Program-made: the position numbers and the translations under genes
Shown: positions 29,166 through 38,707 of the stretch, in pieces
Position numbering within the stretch: the first letter of the stretch is position 1
How the letters are laid out: each line of letters opens with the position of its first letter
The notes under the pieces: generated by a model
Databases searched by the model: none
What the model saw: the letters and a program-made list of their open reading frames with translations, nothing else
Told to the model about the DNA's origin: nothing
Source of the DNA: a virus
Lineage: Duplodnaviria; Heunggongvirae; Uroviricota; Caudoviricetes
IMG/VR virus record: IMGVR_UViG_2690316068_000001
Coordinates: 1-64,000 of that record
Length of the DNA: 64,000 nucleotides
Reading direction: 5' to 3' (one strand)

Positions 29166-30026
29166 TTATTCTGGGAGTTTCAGCTTTGGATTGCGAGAAT
29201 GGACGATTACAAAACTTTCCCGGCCTTTCTTCTCAATTGAACAGTCGAGATAGCCGATTGTTTTAAGCTGTTCTATCGCTTTCTTAATGATACGGTTTTG
29301 CTCGCCAACAGCTGACTGCAAAGCCAGGCGCTCACGGATTCGGGCGAAAGATAGCGGCAACGGATTCTGCGGAAGGCTTTCGATGAAAGTGTAAATGGCT
29401 TGTGCAGCTTCTTTCTTCGGAAGGGCACGCAAGGCGTGGTGTTGCAACAGAACGCGATAATCAAGCTGGAACAGCTCCCACAGCTTCGAATCAGCCTCCA
29501 GCTCTATCAGATCAAGGTCAGCATCAAAACGCCCGACCTTAAGCAGACCAGTCTGATAGCCGCCTTTAGCATCTTTTCCGCGCTTAAAAGCGATACCCTT
29601 GTTACGCAAGCGTCCAAGTGATTCATGAATGGTTAAACGCAGTTTCGCATCCAGACGTTTTGAGGGGAAACCACAGGCTTTAGCGAATTCCTGAAACGAT
29701 AACTGGATGGTGTTTGAGGACAAGCCGTATTTGCTGAACGCGTAGATGACACCGATCCACGTTTTGAAATCAGTATCCATATCGAGTCGAGGACCGGTGA
29801 TTTTAATATCATCGTAACCCTCGGCTTTAGCTATCTCCAGCTGGGAAAACGCTTTGGTGGCATCAATCTCTTTACTTTCTCCTTTGCTCTTTGATGGCTT
29901 CGGCACGAATACCCCCAAGCGCATCAACGCTACAGGCTGCACAGTGTTGTTTGAATTAACTGTTAGTTCTTTTGCCTTACTTTCAATGTCTGCGTAAAGA
30001 ATATCGGAGATAAAAGATTGATTCAT
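29166..30026 (-). CDS. repA: RepA plasmid replication initiator
   Basis: 286 aa, flanked on both sides by 19-bp iterons. Confidence 0.85.
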   Translation of the reverse strand: MNQSFISDILYADIESKAKELTVNSNNTVQPVALMRLGVFVPKPSKSKGESKEIDATKAFSQLEIAKAEGYDDIKITGPRLDMDTDFKTWIGVIYAFSKYGLSSNTIQLSFQEFAKACGFPSKRLDAKLRLTIHESLGRLRNKGIAFKRGKDAKGGYQTGLLKVGRFDADLDLIELEADSKLWELFQLDYRVLLQHHALRALPKKEAAQAIYTFIESLPQNPLPLSFARIRERLALQSAVGEQNRIIKKAIEQLKTIGYLDCSIEKKGRESFVIVHSRNPKLKLPE

Positions 30027-30083
30027 ATTACTTTTTCCGAATTATGTGGATAGCTTTTATAAGTGGTGATAACTACCCAGGCT

Positions 30084-30186
30084 TTCCCGTCAGCACACAT
30101 CCTATATCCCGCCAGCACACATTAGCAACCCGTCAGCACACATTTTTATCCCGCCAGCACACATCGTTTTCCCTCCAGCACACATC
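30084..30186. repeat. Iteron array upstream of repA (incC-like, 5 direct copies, ~21-bp spacing)
   Basis: T(C/T)CC(G/T)(T/C)CAGCACACAT x5. Confidence 0.8.
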
Positions 30187-30300
30187 GCGATACACTTCTA
30201 AGCCAGACGTGGCGCGGCCTGCAACGATCAGGGATCTATATGGATCTAATTGGGATCTGTATGGACCTAATTATTGGATCTACCCAGTGGATAATGTGGA
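30187..30300. promoter_or_regulatory. Origin-associated region: GATC cluster and tandem DnaA boxes
   Basis: Five GATC within ~60 bp (…gatcagggatctatatggatctaattgggatctg…) and ggataatgtggataa (two TGTGGATAA-type boxes). Confidence 0.7.
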
Positions 30301-30352
30301 TAAGTGAAAAACCGGCCACTGAGGACCGATTTCTGTGAAGAGTTGAAGCGAA

Positions 30353-30754
30353 TTAGTTGTCGTTTTCCGTACCTACTTCTTCGATCAACAAACTACTTGT
30401 ATAGATGCGTAACGTATCACCTTTGTAGAGGAATTGATAACCAACACCTCCTATGGCAGGGAGGTCGGGGAACATTTCAGAAGCAACCCCAGAGCAAATC
30501 ACGGCGATACAGTCATCCCGCTGTACATCCTTACGCTCTGTACTCAAAGTTTGCTCTTCCCCGATTGCCTTTGTCATCTCCTCATCTTCGTACGCAACAG
30601 GGATATATTCAATCGCATCAGGCGTTTTGATACCCAGTTCTTCAGCAATCTCGAACGCCTGTTTAAATTGATCTGACCCAGGATATCCAACGGTAATACT
30701 CTCAATTTCGAACAAAGAAGTAGCGTTGTTTATTTCTTGTTTAACCGCAAACAT
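30353..30754 (-). CDS. Hypothetical protein
   Basis: 133-aa ORF downstream of replicon. Confidence 0.4.
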   Translation of the reverse strand: MFAVKQEINNATSLFEIESITVGYPGSDQFKQAFEIAEELGIKTPDAIEYIPVAYEDEEMTKAIGEEQTLSTERKDVQRDDCIAVICSGVASEMFPDLPAIGGVGYQFLYKGDTLRIYTSSLLIEEVGTENDN

Positions 30755-30824
30755 GTTGTTTGTCCTTAGTGGCTTCCTGCCAAAGTAAAGTCATGAGTGT
30801 TGATATTACGATTTCTACAGTTGA

Positions 30825-31184
30825 TTAAATCTGCTCGCTGAGCTTTTGCTTCAGCAGATAACCTTCCAGCGGCCAGATTTTCTCAATGGCGTTCTTACGG
30901 GCCACCTTACGGCCAATCTCCGCGTCGAAATTTTTAGGGCTGGCACAGGCGCTTTCCCCGGTAACAATGAATCCATTGCACAGCACCAAGACACAGATGG
31001 TCAGGCTACGCGTAGAGGGATGAACAGACAGCACCTCACGAACGCCTTCATGCGCAGCGCGAATGCCGTCAAAAGCTGTGAAATAATGCTCTTCGGCAAT
31101 CACACTCTCGATGTGATCAGGAGTCAGGCGTGGTGCTGTTTTGCCTTTGGCCAGAATCTCTTTTTCAATTTCCATATCGGACAT
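30825..31184 (-). CDS. Hypothetical protein
   Basis: 119-aa ORF. Confidence 0.4.
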   Translation of the reverse strand: MSDMEIEKEILAKGKTAPRLTPDHIESVIAEEHYFTAFDGIRAAHEGVREVLSVHPSTRSLTICVLVLCNGFIVTGESACASPKNFDAEIGRKVARKNAIEKIWPLEGYLLKQKLSEQI

Positions 31185-31195
31185 AGTTTTTCCTT

Positions 31196-31447
31196 TTAGT
31201 TACCGCTGATAGCACGGTTGTAATCATTGACGTTGCGATTCTTCCTGTTAATCCCCATCAGCATCGTTTCTGTATCGAGGATATACGCTGGCAGATCATC
31301 AAAATATTCACTGCTAAACTCTGGCATCCTGCACATAAACGCACTTTTGGGGGCAGGGTGGTTAACCTTTGTCGGCGTCGGCGTTAAATTCGCTGATCGA
31401 CTCCCGGAGCAACCGCTGAGTGTCAGCAGGAATGCGCTGGCGAACAT
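31196..31447 (-). CDS. Outer-membrane lipoprotein, o-spanin (Rz1-like) candidate
   Basis: Lipobox LTLSGC after signal MFASAFLL; Pro/Thr-rich; start overlaps the 3-prime end of the upstream gene in another frame. Confidence 0.5.
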   Translation of the reverse strand: MFASAFLLTLSGCSGSRSANLTPTPTKVNHPAPKSAFMCRMPEFSSEYFDDLPAYILDTETMLMGINRKNRNVNDYNRAISGN

Positions 31448-31811
31448 TACCCGCCGCAACCAGTTGTTTCTGAACTTCTGCTTTTCGTTCCATTTGCCTG
31501 TCAGCATACTTGGCTTGTTCTGATTCATTTTTCACTTCCTGGCTGTGAAAATGTTGATCTGCTTTGTTCATCGTCTCAATGGTCTGGTTAAGATCCATTA
31601 TTGACTTATCACGTTCCTTAACAGCCTGATCAAGACTGCCAATTTTATCCAAGGCTTGCTTTAGCTGATGACGTTCCCATGCAAACCCGGCACCAACAAG
31701 TGCGCAAATCAGAACAAGAACACCAGTAGCAGCAAGTTTCTCCTTCAAAGACAAAGCTGTTTTTAACGTAGAAAAGAATGACATGTCTTCCTCCTGAAGA
31801 AAAATTATCAA
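31362..31811 (-). CDS. Inner-membrane coiled-coil protein, i-spanin (Rz-like) candidate
   Basis: 149 aa; N-terminal TM (LAATGVLVLICALVGAGFAW) then coiled coil. Confidence 0.5.
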   Translation of the reverse strand: MIIFLQEEDMSFFSTLKTALSLKEKLAATGVLVLICALVGAGFAWERHQLKQALDKIGSLDQAVKERDKSIMDLNQTIETMNKADQHFHSQEVKNESEQAKYADRQMERKAEVQKQLVAAGNVRQRIPADTQRLLRESISEFNADADKG

Positions 31812-31823
31812 TGAAGTCCTTTG

Positions 31824-32615
31824 TTACTGTGCCGCTTTGTTTAATTCATCAAGAACAGAATCAGGAACCAAAGCGGCGACTGCGCTGGCTGTGCTGGCCT
31901 TATTTGCTGATGCTTCCGCAAGCGCGGTACCGATAGCATGGTTATAAGCAGTTATGGCTACGCTGGCGCTTTCCTTCGCTCGTTCATACTGCTGTTGCAA
32001 TGCTGCTACCGGTACTGTTGTCTGGTCGAAAAAAGCACCAAATTGTTCAGTTGCTTCCTTCAGTGCTTCAACTTGTTGTTCTGTCAGTGCTGGTGGGGGA
32101 GTGACTGCGCCGCCACCTGAATCAGAGCCTGACGAGCTTCCTGAGCCTGTGTTAAGGGTCTGGTTAATGTCCCCCATAGCAGCGACTAAACTCGACGTAT
32201 TAAGCGCATTTACAGAGTCCTCAAGCGATTTCGTTGTAGTCGCGTCACCAATGGCAATAGAGATCGGCAGTTCTGAAACTTCTCGCTCATTAGCACGACA
32301 GTAAACATCCCAACCAATATCGAGTTGAAGGAGCATTGACAGATCAGCATAACCAGCCAACAGGTCCGCGTGCTGAGTTGCCAGTTCTCCAATGTTCGTT
32401 AAGCCGGTTGTGGTTGTTCTGATCGTTGAAACATAGCTGGTAATAGTGTCGGGATAGACAATTGTATCCAGAATTAATCCGGTCAATTCTTCTGCAAGCA
32501 GTTTTGCTGTGTTAGCACTGTTTCGTGCCGATGTTATGGCACCAGGTGTTTTCATCCCACCGGCGGCGGCCAATTTTTTATATGCGGATAACTGGTAGTC
32601 TTTTTCCAGCATGAT
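31824..32615 (-). CDS. Hypothetical protein (Ala/Thr/Ser-rich)
   Basis: ORF-track frame 31824-32669; internal start MLEKDYQ at 32615 avoids overlap. Confidence 0.4.
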   Translation of the reverse strand: MMLEKDYQLSAYKKLAAAGGMKTPGAITSARNSANTAKLLAEELTGLILDTIVYPDTITSYVSTIRTTTTGLTNIGELATQHADLLAGYADLSMLLQLDIGWDVYCRANEREVSELPISIAIGDATTTKSLEDSVNALNTSSLVAAMGDINQTLNTGSGSSSGSDSGGGAVTPPPALTEQQVEALKEATEQFGAFFDQTTVPVAALQQQYERAKESASVAITAYNHAIGTALAEASANKASTASAVAALVPDSVLDELNKAAQ

Positions 32616-32620
32616 ATCTC

Positions 32621-32905
32621 CTAACTTACCTGAACCAGGCCGTCTCCGGACGCTACGGTAGATCCGCATGAAACAGGGTCACCAACGCATACGATCCCTT
32701 TACCATTGACGGTAAACCATGCCCTGGTTGATATAGCTTGCCCACCGTGCGTACTGTTTCCATCGGTATGCTGTGCATATTGCTTACCATCAACTAACAC
32801 TTCGACTCCGTTGACTTTAAGTAGTGGTTCACTCTCTACAGGAGGCCTGGATGGGAATCCTCCGTGCCCCGAACAAATGCTGTCTTTTGTTGCAATACTT
32901 GCCAC
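32621..32905 (-). CDS. PAAR-like spike-tip protein
   Basis: 94 aa with …CSGHGG…VNG…VxVGD…SCG… pattern typical of PAAR-repeat proteins. Confidence 0.55.
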   Translation of the reverse strand: MASIATKDSICSGHGGFPSRPPVESEPLLKVNGVEVLVDGKQYAQHTDGNSTHGGQAISTRAWFTVNGKGIVCVGDPVSCGSTVASGDGLVQVS

Positions 32906-32986
32906 GTCATCACCAATTATTTGCTCTGATTTTCGTTATTTTAATTCAGGTTGTTTGTGGTCTACATGGAGTTCAACTATTGCAAA

Positions 32987-33003
32987 ATTGCTCTAATAAA
33001 TAT
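32987..33003 (+). promoter_or_regulatory. C1-operator-like 17-mer (attgctctaataaatat)
   Basis: Consensus match upstream of the hrdC-dmt operon. Confidence 0.6.
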
Positions 33004-33074
33004 TGTTTTTTATGTCGTATTTTCGGTACCATTCAGCCATCGCCCTTCAATGGGCATTTGTTTGGAGTCGTCAG

Positions 33075-33359
33075 ATGCAGATGGAGCTAATAAGCCGCAA
33101 AGAGTTCGATAGCCGTGTAACCAGCGGTGAACTCGACAACTTGCAGGCTATCAAGGTGAAAGAAGGCTTTTGCCTCATTGGGAATCAGAGCGGAACAAAT
33201 CGCGTTTTTATGCTTCGCCGTACGGATTTGAAGCCATTTGTCTGGAAGAACGAAATTGGTCCCAGCTCATACGCTCAAACGAGGGGGTGCCACAACCTGG
33301 CCTTTTTCTACAAAGACGAGCTTTCTGTGGTTGATATTCAAGGGTTACAACATGTTTAA
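33075..33359 (+). CDS. Small protein upstream of rdgC homologue
   Basis: ~95 aa from ATG 33075 (ORF-track frame 33003-33359). Confidence 0.4.
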   Translation: MQMELISRKEFDSRVTSGELDNLQAIKVKEGFCLIGNQSGTNRVFMLRRTDLKPFVWKNEIGPSSYAQTRGCHNLAFFYKDELSVVDIQGLQHV

Positions 33360-34257
33360 GCACTGGAAAAACATTACTATTTATAAACTTTCTCGTGAGG
33401 CGGATCTGACCGACTTAGAAGATAAAAAGAAAATGATCCTTTTCACGCCATGCGGTAGTCAGGATATGGCTAAGTTCGGTTTTGTATCGCCATTTGGTGA
33501 TAATTCCGAAGTTATCGCTATGCATGGAAATGGTTTTATCCTTGTTGAAGCAAAGCGCGAAACAAAAATTCTTCCCCCGCCGGTTATCCAGCGAGCTATT
33601 CAAGAAAAAATTGAAAAACTTGAGCAAGAACAAGCGCGTAAACTGAAGAAAACAGAGAAGGACTCCCTGAAAGACGAAGTTCTGCATTCTCTTCTGCCAC
33701 GGGCTTTTTCAAAGTTTTCTGTTATCCAGGCGATCTACGACGGTTCAACTAAACGTATCTATATCAATGCCAGCGCGCGGCAGGCAGAGGATATGCTCGC
33801 GCTTATGCGTAAGTCTCTTGGTTCTCTTCCTGTTGTTCCCCTGAGTGTTGAAAATCCCATTGAATTAACGCTGACCGACTGGGTACGTGATGGTAGTGCT
33901 CCACAGGGATTTCAAATGGGGGATGCGGCAGAACTTAAGGCAGTGCTTGAGGATGGCGGTATTGCCCGAGTGAAAAAGCAGGATTTGGGAAGCGATGAAA
34001 TTTCCACACACCTGGAAGCTGGCAAGCTCGTCACTAAGTTGGCACTCGACTGGCAGAACCGCATTAAATTTACACTGGACCATAACTTCAGCCTTACCAG
34101 CGTCAAATTTGCGGATGAATTGCTTGAGCAGAACTCTGATATTGATAGTGAAGATGTTGCGCAGCGACTGGACGCAGATTTCTTCCTGTTAACCAGTGAA
34201 ATTTCGTGCCTGGTTGATGCTCTGGTAAATGCCCTTGGTGGAGAGGCTAAGCAGTGA
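33352..34257 (+). CDS. hrdC: RdgC-like recombination-associated protein
   Basis: Start [13 protein letters not shown]…[15 protein letters not shown]… closely parallels E. coli RdgC N-terminus; ORF-track frame begins earlier at 33238. Confidence 0.75.
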   Translation: MFKHWKNITIYKLSREADLTDLEDKKKMILFTPCGSQDMAKFGFVSPFGDNSEVIAMHGNGFILVEAKRETKILPPPVIQRAIQEKIEKLEQEQARKLKKTEKDSLKDEVLHSLLPRAFSKFSVIQAIYDGSTKRIYINASARQAEDMLALMRKSLGSLPVVPLSVENPIELTLTDWVRDGSAPQGFQMGDAAELKAVLEDGGIARVKKQDLGSDEISTHLEAGKLVTKLALDWQNRIKFTLDHNFSLTSVKFADELLEQNSDIDSEDVAQRLDADFFLLTSEISCLVDALVNALGGEAKQ

Positions 34258-36518
34258 AAGAGCTGTGCTATGGATCTGTTTGCAGTGGAATTGAAGCCGC
34301 GAGTATTGCCTGGGAACCGTTGGGTATGCGTCCGGCGTGGTTTGCTGAAATCGAGCCTTTTCCATCTGCCGTTCTTGCGCACCGCTGGCCCCATGTCGCC
34401 AACCTTGGCGACATGACAAAACTTGCCAAAAAAGTCCTGGCTGGGGAAATCGAATCCCCTGATGTGCTCGTCGGGGGAACACCTTGTCAGGCATTCAGTA
34501 TCGCGGGCTTACGTGGTGGGCTTGATGATGAACGCGGCGCGCTAACTTTGAAGTATGTGGAGCTTGCAAATGCAATTGACGACAAACGGTCTGAGTCCTT
34601 CCTCAAACCGACAGTTATCGTCTGGGAAAATGTCCCAGGAGTCCTGTCATCGGCAGATAACGCCTTCGGATGTTTCCTTGCCGGATTGGCTGGAGAAGAT
34701 GCGCCATTTGAACCAGGTGATCGACCTGAATCAGGAAAAAGTAACGCGTTCTGGCGGTGGGATGGCAAAACCGGTTGCCATGCTCCAAAGTGGCCGCAGT
34801 GTGGTTGTATTTATGGACCGCAGCGAAAGGTGGCCTGGAGAATCCTTGATGCCCAATACTTCGGAGTGGCACAACGACGCCGACGCGTGTTTGTTGTCGC
34901 AAGTGCTCGAACAGACCTCGATCCCGCAACGGTACTTTTTGAGTTCGAAGGCGTGCGCCGGGATATTGCGCCGAGCCGAAAAAAGAAGGAAATCGCTTCC
35001 GCCATTATTGCAAATGGCGCTGCAATCAGTGGCGAAAGCCTAAATCCATGCCTACACGCTGACATTCCACCCGGTATGAAATCGACGAAAGCCGTAAACG
35101 CTTTCAGGATGGCAGCATTTGGGGAATATATTGACGATGAAACCGCATCGACAGTAAAGGCAAGAGATTTTAAAGATGCCACTGACCTTGCCGTTTTTAG
35201 CAGCACAGGAGCAGGTTTTTGGTCAGAAGGGCATGGTACATTGCGGGCACGTGAGCAAGAAAGCCATGAGCATCTTGTTACATTGGCTTTTCCTGAGCGT
35301 ATGAGCGGTACACAACATGCTGCAACTAAGAATACTTCACCATCTCTAATGGCTAAAAATCCAACAGCTGTTTGCTATGAAGTAAGAAACGCAGAAGTAG
35401 CTGTCCGCCGTCTTACCCCTGTCGAATGTGAAAGGCTGCAAGGTTTTCCTGATGGGCATACGTTGATCCCGACGGAAAAGCGTAAAAAAGTTAATTCAGA
35501 TGAACTGGCATATCTTCGCAATCACTATCCAGATTTAAGCGAAGAAGAGGCCGCGATGCTTGCAGCTGACGGACCGCGTTACAAAGCGATCGGCAATAGT
35601 ATGGCAATACCAGTAATGCGCTGGATTGGCGATCGGATTACTAAGGCCGTATGTCGGCAGAAAGAAGGAAGTAAAACAAAAGAGCGAAAAGTTAAACCAG
35701 CGGCAGAATTCGAACGGTCCATATTCAAATGGGCTGGTGGAAAATTTGGTGTTCTGGAACAAATCTTTCGCTATTTGCCAGAAGGGAAGCGCCTGATTGA
35801 ACCTTTCGTTGGTGGCGGAGCTGTCTTCATGAATGCCGGATACCAGGAAAATCTGCTAAATGATGTGAATGCTGACCTGATTAACTTTTACAAGACTCTG
35901 CAACGCGAGGCGCATTCACTTATCACTCTGGCACATCGTTTCTTCCAGGACTACAACACACAGGAAGGATACCTGGCAGTACGGAATGCGTTTAACAAAC
36001 AAGTCTATGATGATTTACATCGCGCAGCGGCGTTTTTGTTCCTGAACCGACATTGTTTTAACGGATTGACGCGTTACAACCAGGCTGGTGAGTTCAATGT
36101 CGGTTATGGGAAGTATAAAACTCCGTATTTCCCATTACAGGAGATGGAAGCCTTCCTCGGTGCGGAAGGGCGGTCTGAGTTTGTATGCGGTGATTTTGCA
36201 GCGGTGATTGAAGCTGCCGGAGAAGGAGATGTCATCTTTTGCGATCCGCCGTATGAACCGCTTCCAAATACAGAGGGATTCACGAACTATTCCGGTCATG
36301 ACTTTAAGTTTGAAGAGCAAAAACGCCTGGTGTCTCTGTTGACGGATGCTCATCGTCGAGGTGCAAAGGTTCTCATTACTAACAGTGGCGCGCCAAATAT
36401 CAGAGAGCTTTATCATGACAGTGGCTTCAGAGTGGAACCTCTTTTTGCCAGACGTTCTGTGTCTTGTAAGGGGGACACTCGAGGTGTAGCTCATGACGTT
36501 TTAGGTATATTGCTCTAA
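34254..36518 (+). CDS. dmt: Bifunctional DNA methyltransferase: N-terminal C5-cytosine MTase fused to C-terminal Dam-like N6-adenine MTase
   Basis: 754 aa; PCQ ([11 protein letters not shown]) and ENV motifs N-terminally; FVGGGAVF and DPPY ([10 protein letters not shown]) motifs C-terminally. Confidence 0.8.
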   Translation: MKELCYGSVCSGIEAASIAWEPLGMRPAWFAEIEPFPSAVLAHRWPHVANLGDMTKLAKKVLAGEIESPDVLVGGTPCQAFSIAGLRGGLDDERGALTLKYVELANAIDDKRSESFLKPTVIVWENVPGVLSSADNAFGCFLAGLAGEDAPFEPGDRPESGKSNAFWRWDGKTGCHAPKWPQCGCIYGPQRKVAWRILDAQYFGVAQRRRRVFVVASARTDLDPATVLFEFEGVRRDIAPSRKKKEIASAIIANGAAISGESLNPCLHADIPPGMKSTKAVNAFRMAAFGEYIDDETASTVKARDFKDATDLAVFSSTGAGFWSEGHGTLRAREQESHEHLVTLAFPERMSGTQHAATKNTSPSLMAKNPTAVCYEVRNAEVAVRRLTPVECERLQGFPDGHTLIPTEKRKKVNSDELAYLRNHYPDLSEEEAAMLAADGPRYKAIGNSMAIPVMRWIGDRITKAVCRQKEGSKTKERKVKPAAEFERSIFKWAGGKFGVLEQIFRYLPEGKRLIEPFVGGGAVFMNAGYQENLLNDVNADLINFYKTLQREAHSLITLAHRFFQDYNTQEGYLAVRNAFNKQVYDDLHRAAAFLFLNRHCFNGLTRYNQAGEFNVGYGKYKTPYFPLQEMEAFLGAEGRSEFVCGDFAAVIEAAGEGDVIFCDPPYEPLPNTEGFTNYSGHDFKFEEQKRLVSLLTDAHRRGAKVLITNSGAPNIRELYHDSGFRVEPLFARRSVSCKGDTRGVAHDVLGILL

Positions 36519-36525
36519 TAAATTT
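36509..36525 (+). promoter_or_regulatory. C1-operator-like 17-mer (attgctctaataaattt) overlapping dmt stop
   Basis: Perfect consensus match; upstream of tRNA/tci/ban cluster. Confidence 0.6.
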
Positions 36526-36699
36526 ATTAGTGTAATATCGCCTCAATGAATCGTGATTTATAGAGCGATTTAGCTGTTAGCCGCGACAGGCGCGGCGGTA
36601 AGCATGGCTGGGCCTAGTCCTCCCAGACAAACCACCGAGTTGCCAGGTTGACCATGCGCCTAAGTGGCAACTCCGAAGTGCGTTACGAGCTTCCAGTTT

Positions 36700-36727
36700 G
36701 CCCATCTTCGGGTGGGCGTTTTTTTTC
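36700..36727 (+). terminator. Hairpin plus T8 run (terminator/attenuator-like)
   Basis: gcccatcttcgggtgggc followed by gtttttttt. Confidence 0.45.
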
Positions 36728-36908
36728 AGGGTTTTCGTCATGGTTAGCGACTTTGCGGCGGTTTAGAAACTGACCATTAAAGTAAATGCAAACGATGATC
36801 TGATGATGGTAGCGGCCTAAGAAGCCAGACGCCACGGGGTATGAGTCGTCCCCCGTCAAAAAATCGACCGCAGAGTGTCCCCGTCTGTGTATTAGGGAAC
36901 GGGGAGAC

Positions 36909-36997
36909 ACAACAGGTAAGGGCGCTGGTGTGATTAACCAGATGAACGAGAAGGGGCCATCTGTTGGTCAGCGTCCTTTCCTGTTGCGTTTTCTTTT
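36909..36997 (+). repeat. Hairpin family unit 1 (ACAACAGGTAAGGG… stem, 3-prime arm …CCTTTCCTGTTGCG, then T-rich run)
   Basis: Shares 5-prime arm sequence with units at 37348, 37563, 38046. Confidence 0.5.
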
Positions 36998-37191
36998 CAG
37001 CGTAACAGCGGTGCTTAACAGCACTTTGGGTACAGTTCCACGAATTTACGGGTATATCCCGTCATGCTGAAAGCGCTAATCACGCTGGAAGCCAGGGTTA
37101 TGCATCCCCTGTTACCGAATTGCAGCCAGGGCGCGGTGCGCCGAAAAGCATACGGAGGTGGAAGCCCTCGCCGGAGACGTACCCGGCAAGT

Positions 37192-37267
37192 GATGGTGTA
37201 GCTCAGCGGTTAGAGCGGTTGACTGTTAATCAACGGGTCGATGGTTCAAATCCATCCACCATCGCCA
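37192..37267 (+). tRNA. tRNA-Asn (anticodon GTT)
   Basis: Cloverleaf: acceptor gatggtg/caccatc, anticodon loop ctGTTaa at 37225-37227, T-loop ggttcaaatcc, encoded CCA. Confidence 0.85.
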
Positions 37268-37269
37268 AT

Positions 37270-37345
37270 GCCGGTTTAGCTCAGTTGGTAGAGCGCCTGC
37301 CTTGTAAGCAGGATGTCAGCGGTTCGAGTCCGTTAATCGGCACCA
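37270..37345 (+). tRNA. tRNA-Thr (anticodon TGT)
   Basis: gccggtttagctcagttggtagagc…cttGTaa (anticodon 37313-37315)…ggttcgagtcc…cacca. Confidence 0.85.
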
Positions 37346-37347
37346 GC

Positions 37348-37454
37348 ACAACAGGTAAGGGTATTTTGCGACGTCGGAGATCGCCGAGCTTGGCAGAGGG
37401 TTCGAATCCCTACGAAGTACCCTTACCGTTGTGATGAATGCGCAGGCTGATGCG
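37348..37454 (+). repeat. Hairpin family unit 2; loop contains a tRNA T-arm-like GGTTCGAATCC
   Basis: 5-prime arm acaacaggtaagggta pairs with tacccttaccgttgtg; conserved 3-prime tail GATGAATGCGCAGGCTGATG. Confidence 0.5.
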
Positions 37455-37562
37455 CGAAAGACATTGCAGCTATTGCGGAAAAGAGCTGTTCGGCGGGGCA
37501 ATTAAACGCCCGTGAGAGTCTGAAATAACCGCAAGCCGGAGATCAGCACCGGTCATCACAAC

Positions 37563-37642
37563 ACAACAGGTAAGGGCATTCTCCCTTATGGGGCTTGGCT
37601 TAAATGCATCGAGTGCTCTTACCGTTGTGATGAAGTGCAGCT
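37563..37642 (+). repeat. Hairpin family unit 3
   Basis: acaacaggtaagggcattctc … gagtgctcttaccgttgtgatgaagtgcag. Confidence 0.5.
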
Positions 37643-37768
37643 CTTTGAAGCAACCAGAAGATAAGCATCTGGCTTCACAACATAAACCGCAGGAACGACC
37701 AATAAACGGTAGTCCGTATGGAGAACACCCCGTTGAGGAAGAGGCCTGGCCGGAACCGTAACCGGCAC

Positions 37769-37884
37769 TACAACGTTGAGAACACTGGCGTAACGGGGTC
37801 ATATCCCAATCTACGAATAAATGTTGCGTTGCAGCGTGACAACCAGTGTTCTCAACATTGTGGTGAATGCACAGGCTGATGTGC
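37769..37884 (+). repeat. Hairpin family unit 4 (different stem sequence, same flanks: covariation)
   Basis: tacaacgttgagaacactgg … ccagtgttctcaacattgtggtgaatgcacaggctgatg. Confidence 0.5.
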
Positions 37885-38045
37885 CGCAACTACAGTAGTG
37901 CGCGCTTTGCGGGGCTTGCTACAACCCTGTGTCGGAGTTCAGCACCGACCATCACAGTTTGATTCTCTGGCATGAGCATAACGCTGAAATAAGTCCAGTC
38001 TGGTGCGGCCCGATCACCCGCCGTTAGCTCCACGAAACGGAGCAC

Positions 38046-38140
38046 GTAACAGGTAAGAGCATTCTCCTGTAACGGGTTCATATCCCAATCTACAGGTCCA
38101 CCAGGAATGCTCTTTCCGTTGCGGTGAATGCGGCTAAGCG
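38046..38140 (+). repeat. Hairpin family unit 5
   Basis: gtaacaggtaagagcattctcc … ggaatgctctttccgttgcggtgaatgcgg; loop shares gggtcatatcccaatctac with unit 4. Confidence 0.5.
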
Positions 38141-38230
38141 CACGCGGAACAGTTAAAACAATCCTCCTTAATGGTTAAACATTCCGACGTTAATTGTTAA
38201 CTGGTTAACGTCACCGGGAGGCACTCGGCA

Positions 38231-38247
38231 CCGCAATCTAATAAATA
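38231..38247 (+). promoter_or_regulatory. Degenerate operator-like motif (ccgcaatctaataaata)
   Basis: Partial match (CTAATAAAT core) 25 bp upstream of tciA. Confidence 0.3.
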
Positions 38248-38272
38248 TGTCACTTTTATTGAGGGATAACCA

Positions 38273-38707
38273 ATGTTCGGTAAATTGTTCGGCAAGAAAG
38301 TCGCTTCTGCAAAAGTAGAGCTGAAAAAAGTTGAGAATCGCGATCTGATGGAGGCCATCATCGGTGGCTGTTTGTTGGTGTCTGCCGCTGATGGTGAAAT
38401 CGAAAAAGAAGAAACAGCGAAACTTGATCAGCTTGTCCGCTCTAATCCGCGTCTTAGTCATTTTGGTAACGAAATTACTGCAACAATTACCCGCTTTACC
38501 GAGCAACTGGAAGCTGGCTTCCGTGTTGGTCGCATGAATATCCTTCGCGAAATTGAAGATATCAAAAACGATCCAAAAGAAGCGGAAGAAGTATTCGTTA
38601 ACATGCTGACAATTGCAGAAGCGGACGGTGAAATCGAGCCAGCAGAACACAAAGTACTGGAAGAAGTAGGCCGTCGTTTAGGTCTTCGTGTGGAAGATTA
38701 TCTGTAA
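38273..38707 (+). CDS. tciA: TerB-like protein (tellurite-resistance TerB family)
   Basis: 144 aa; two DGExE-containing helices (AADGEIEKEE…AEADGEIEPAEHKVLEE) typical of TerB. Confidence 0.7.
   Translation: MFGKLFGKKVASAKVELKKVENRDLMEAIIGGCLLVSAADGEIEKEETAKLDQLVRSNPRLSHFGNEITATITRFTEQLEAGFRVGRMNILREIEDIKNDPKEAEEVFVNMLTIAEADGEIEPAEHKVLEEVGRRLGLRVEDYL

Noticed and set aside
28866-30186. Short direct repeats resembling a CRISPR array
   Set aside because: Repeats are 19 bp with ~2-bp spacing and mixed orientation, flank a Rep initiator and DnaA boxes, and have no cas genes nearby: plasmid iterons, not CRISPR.
37120-38081. ORFs overlapping the tRNA genes and hairpin repeats (37120-37434 plus; 37470-38081 minus)
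   Set aside because: They run through tRNA genes and the structured repeat units and lack ribosome-binding sites; the region is better explained as RNA-coding.
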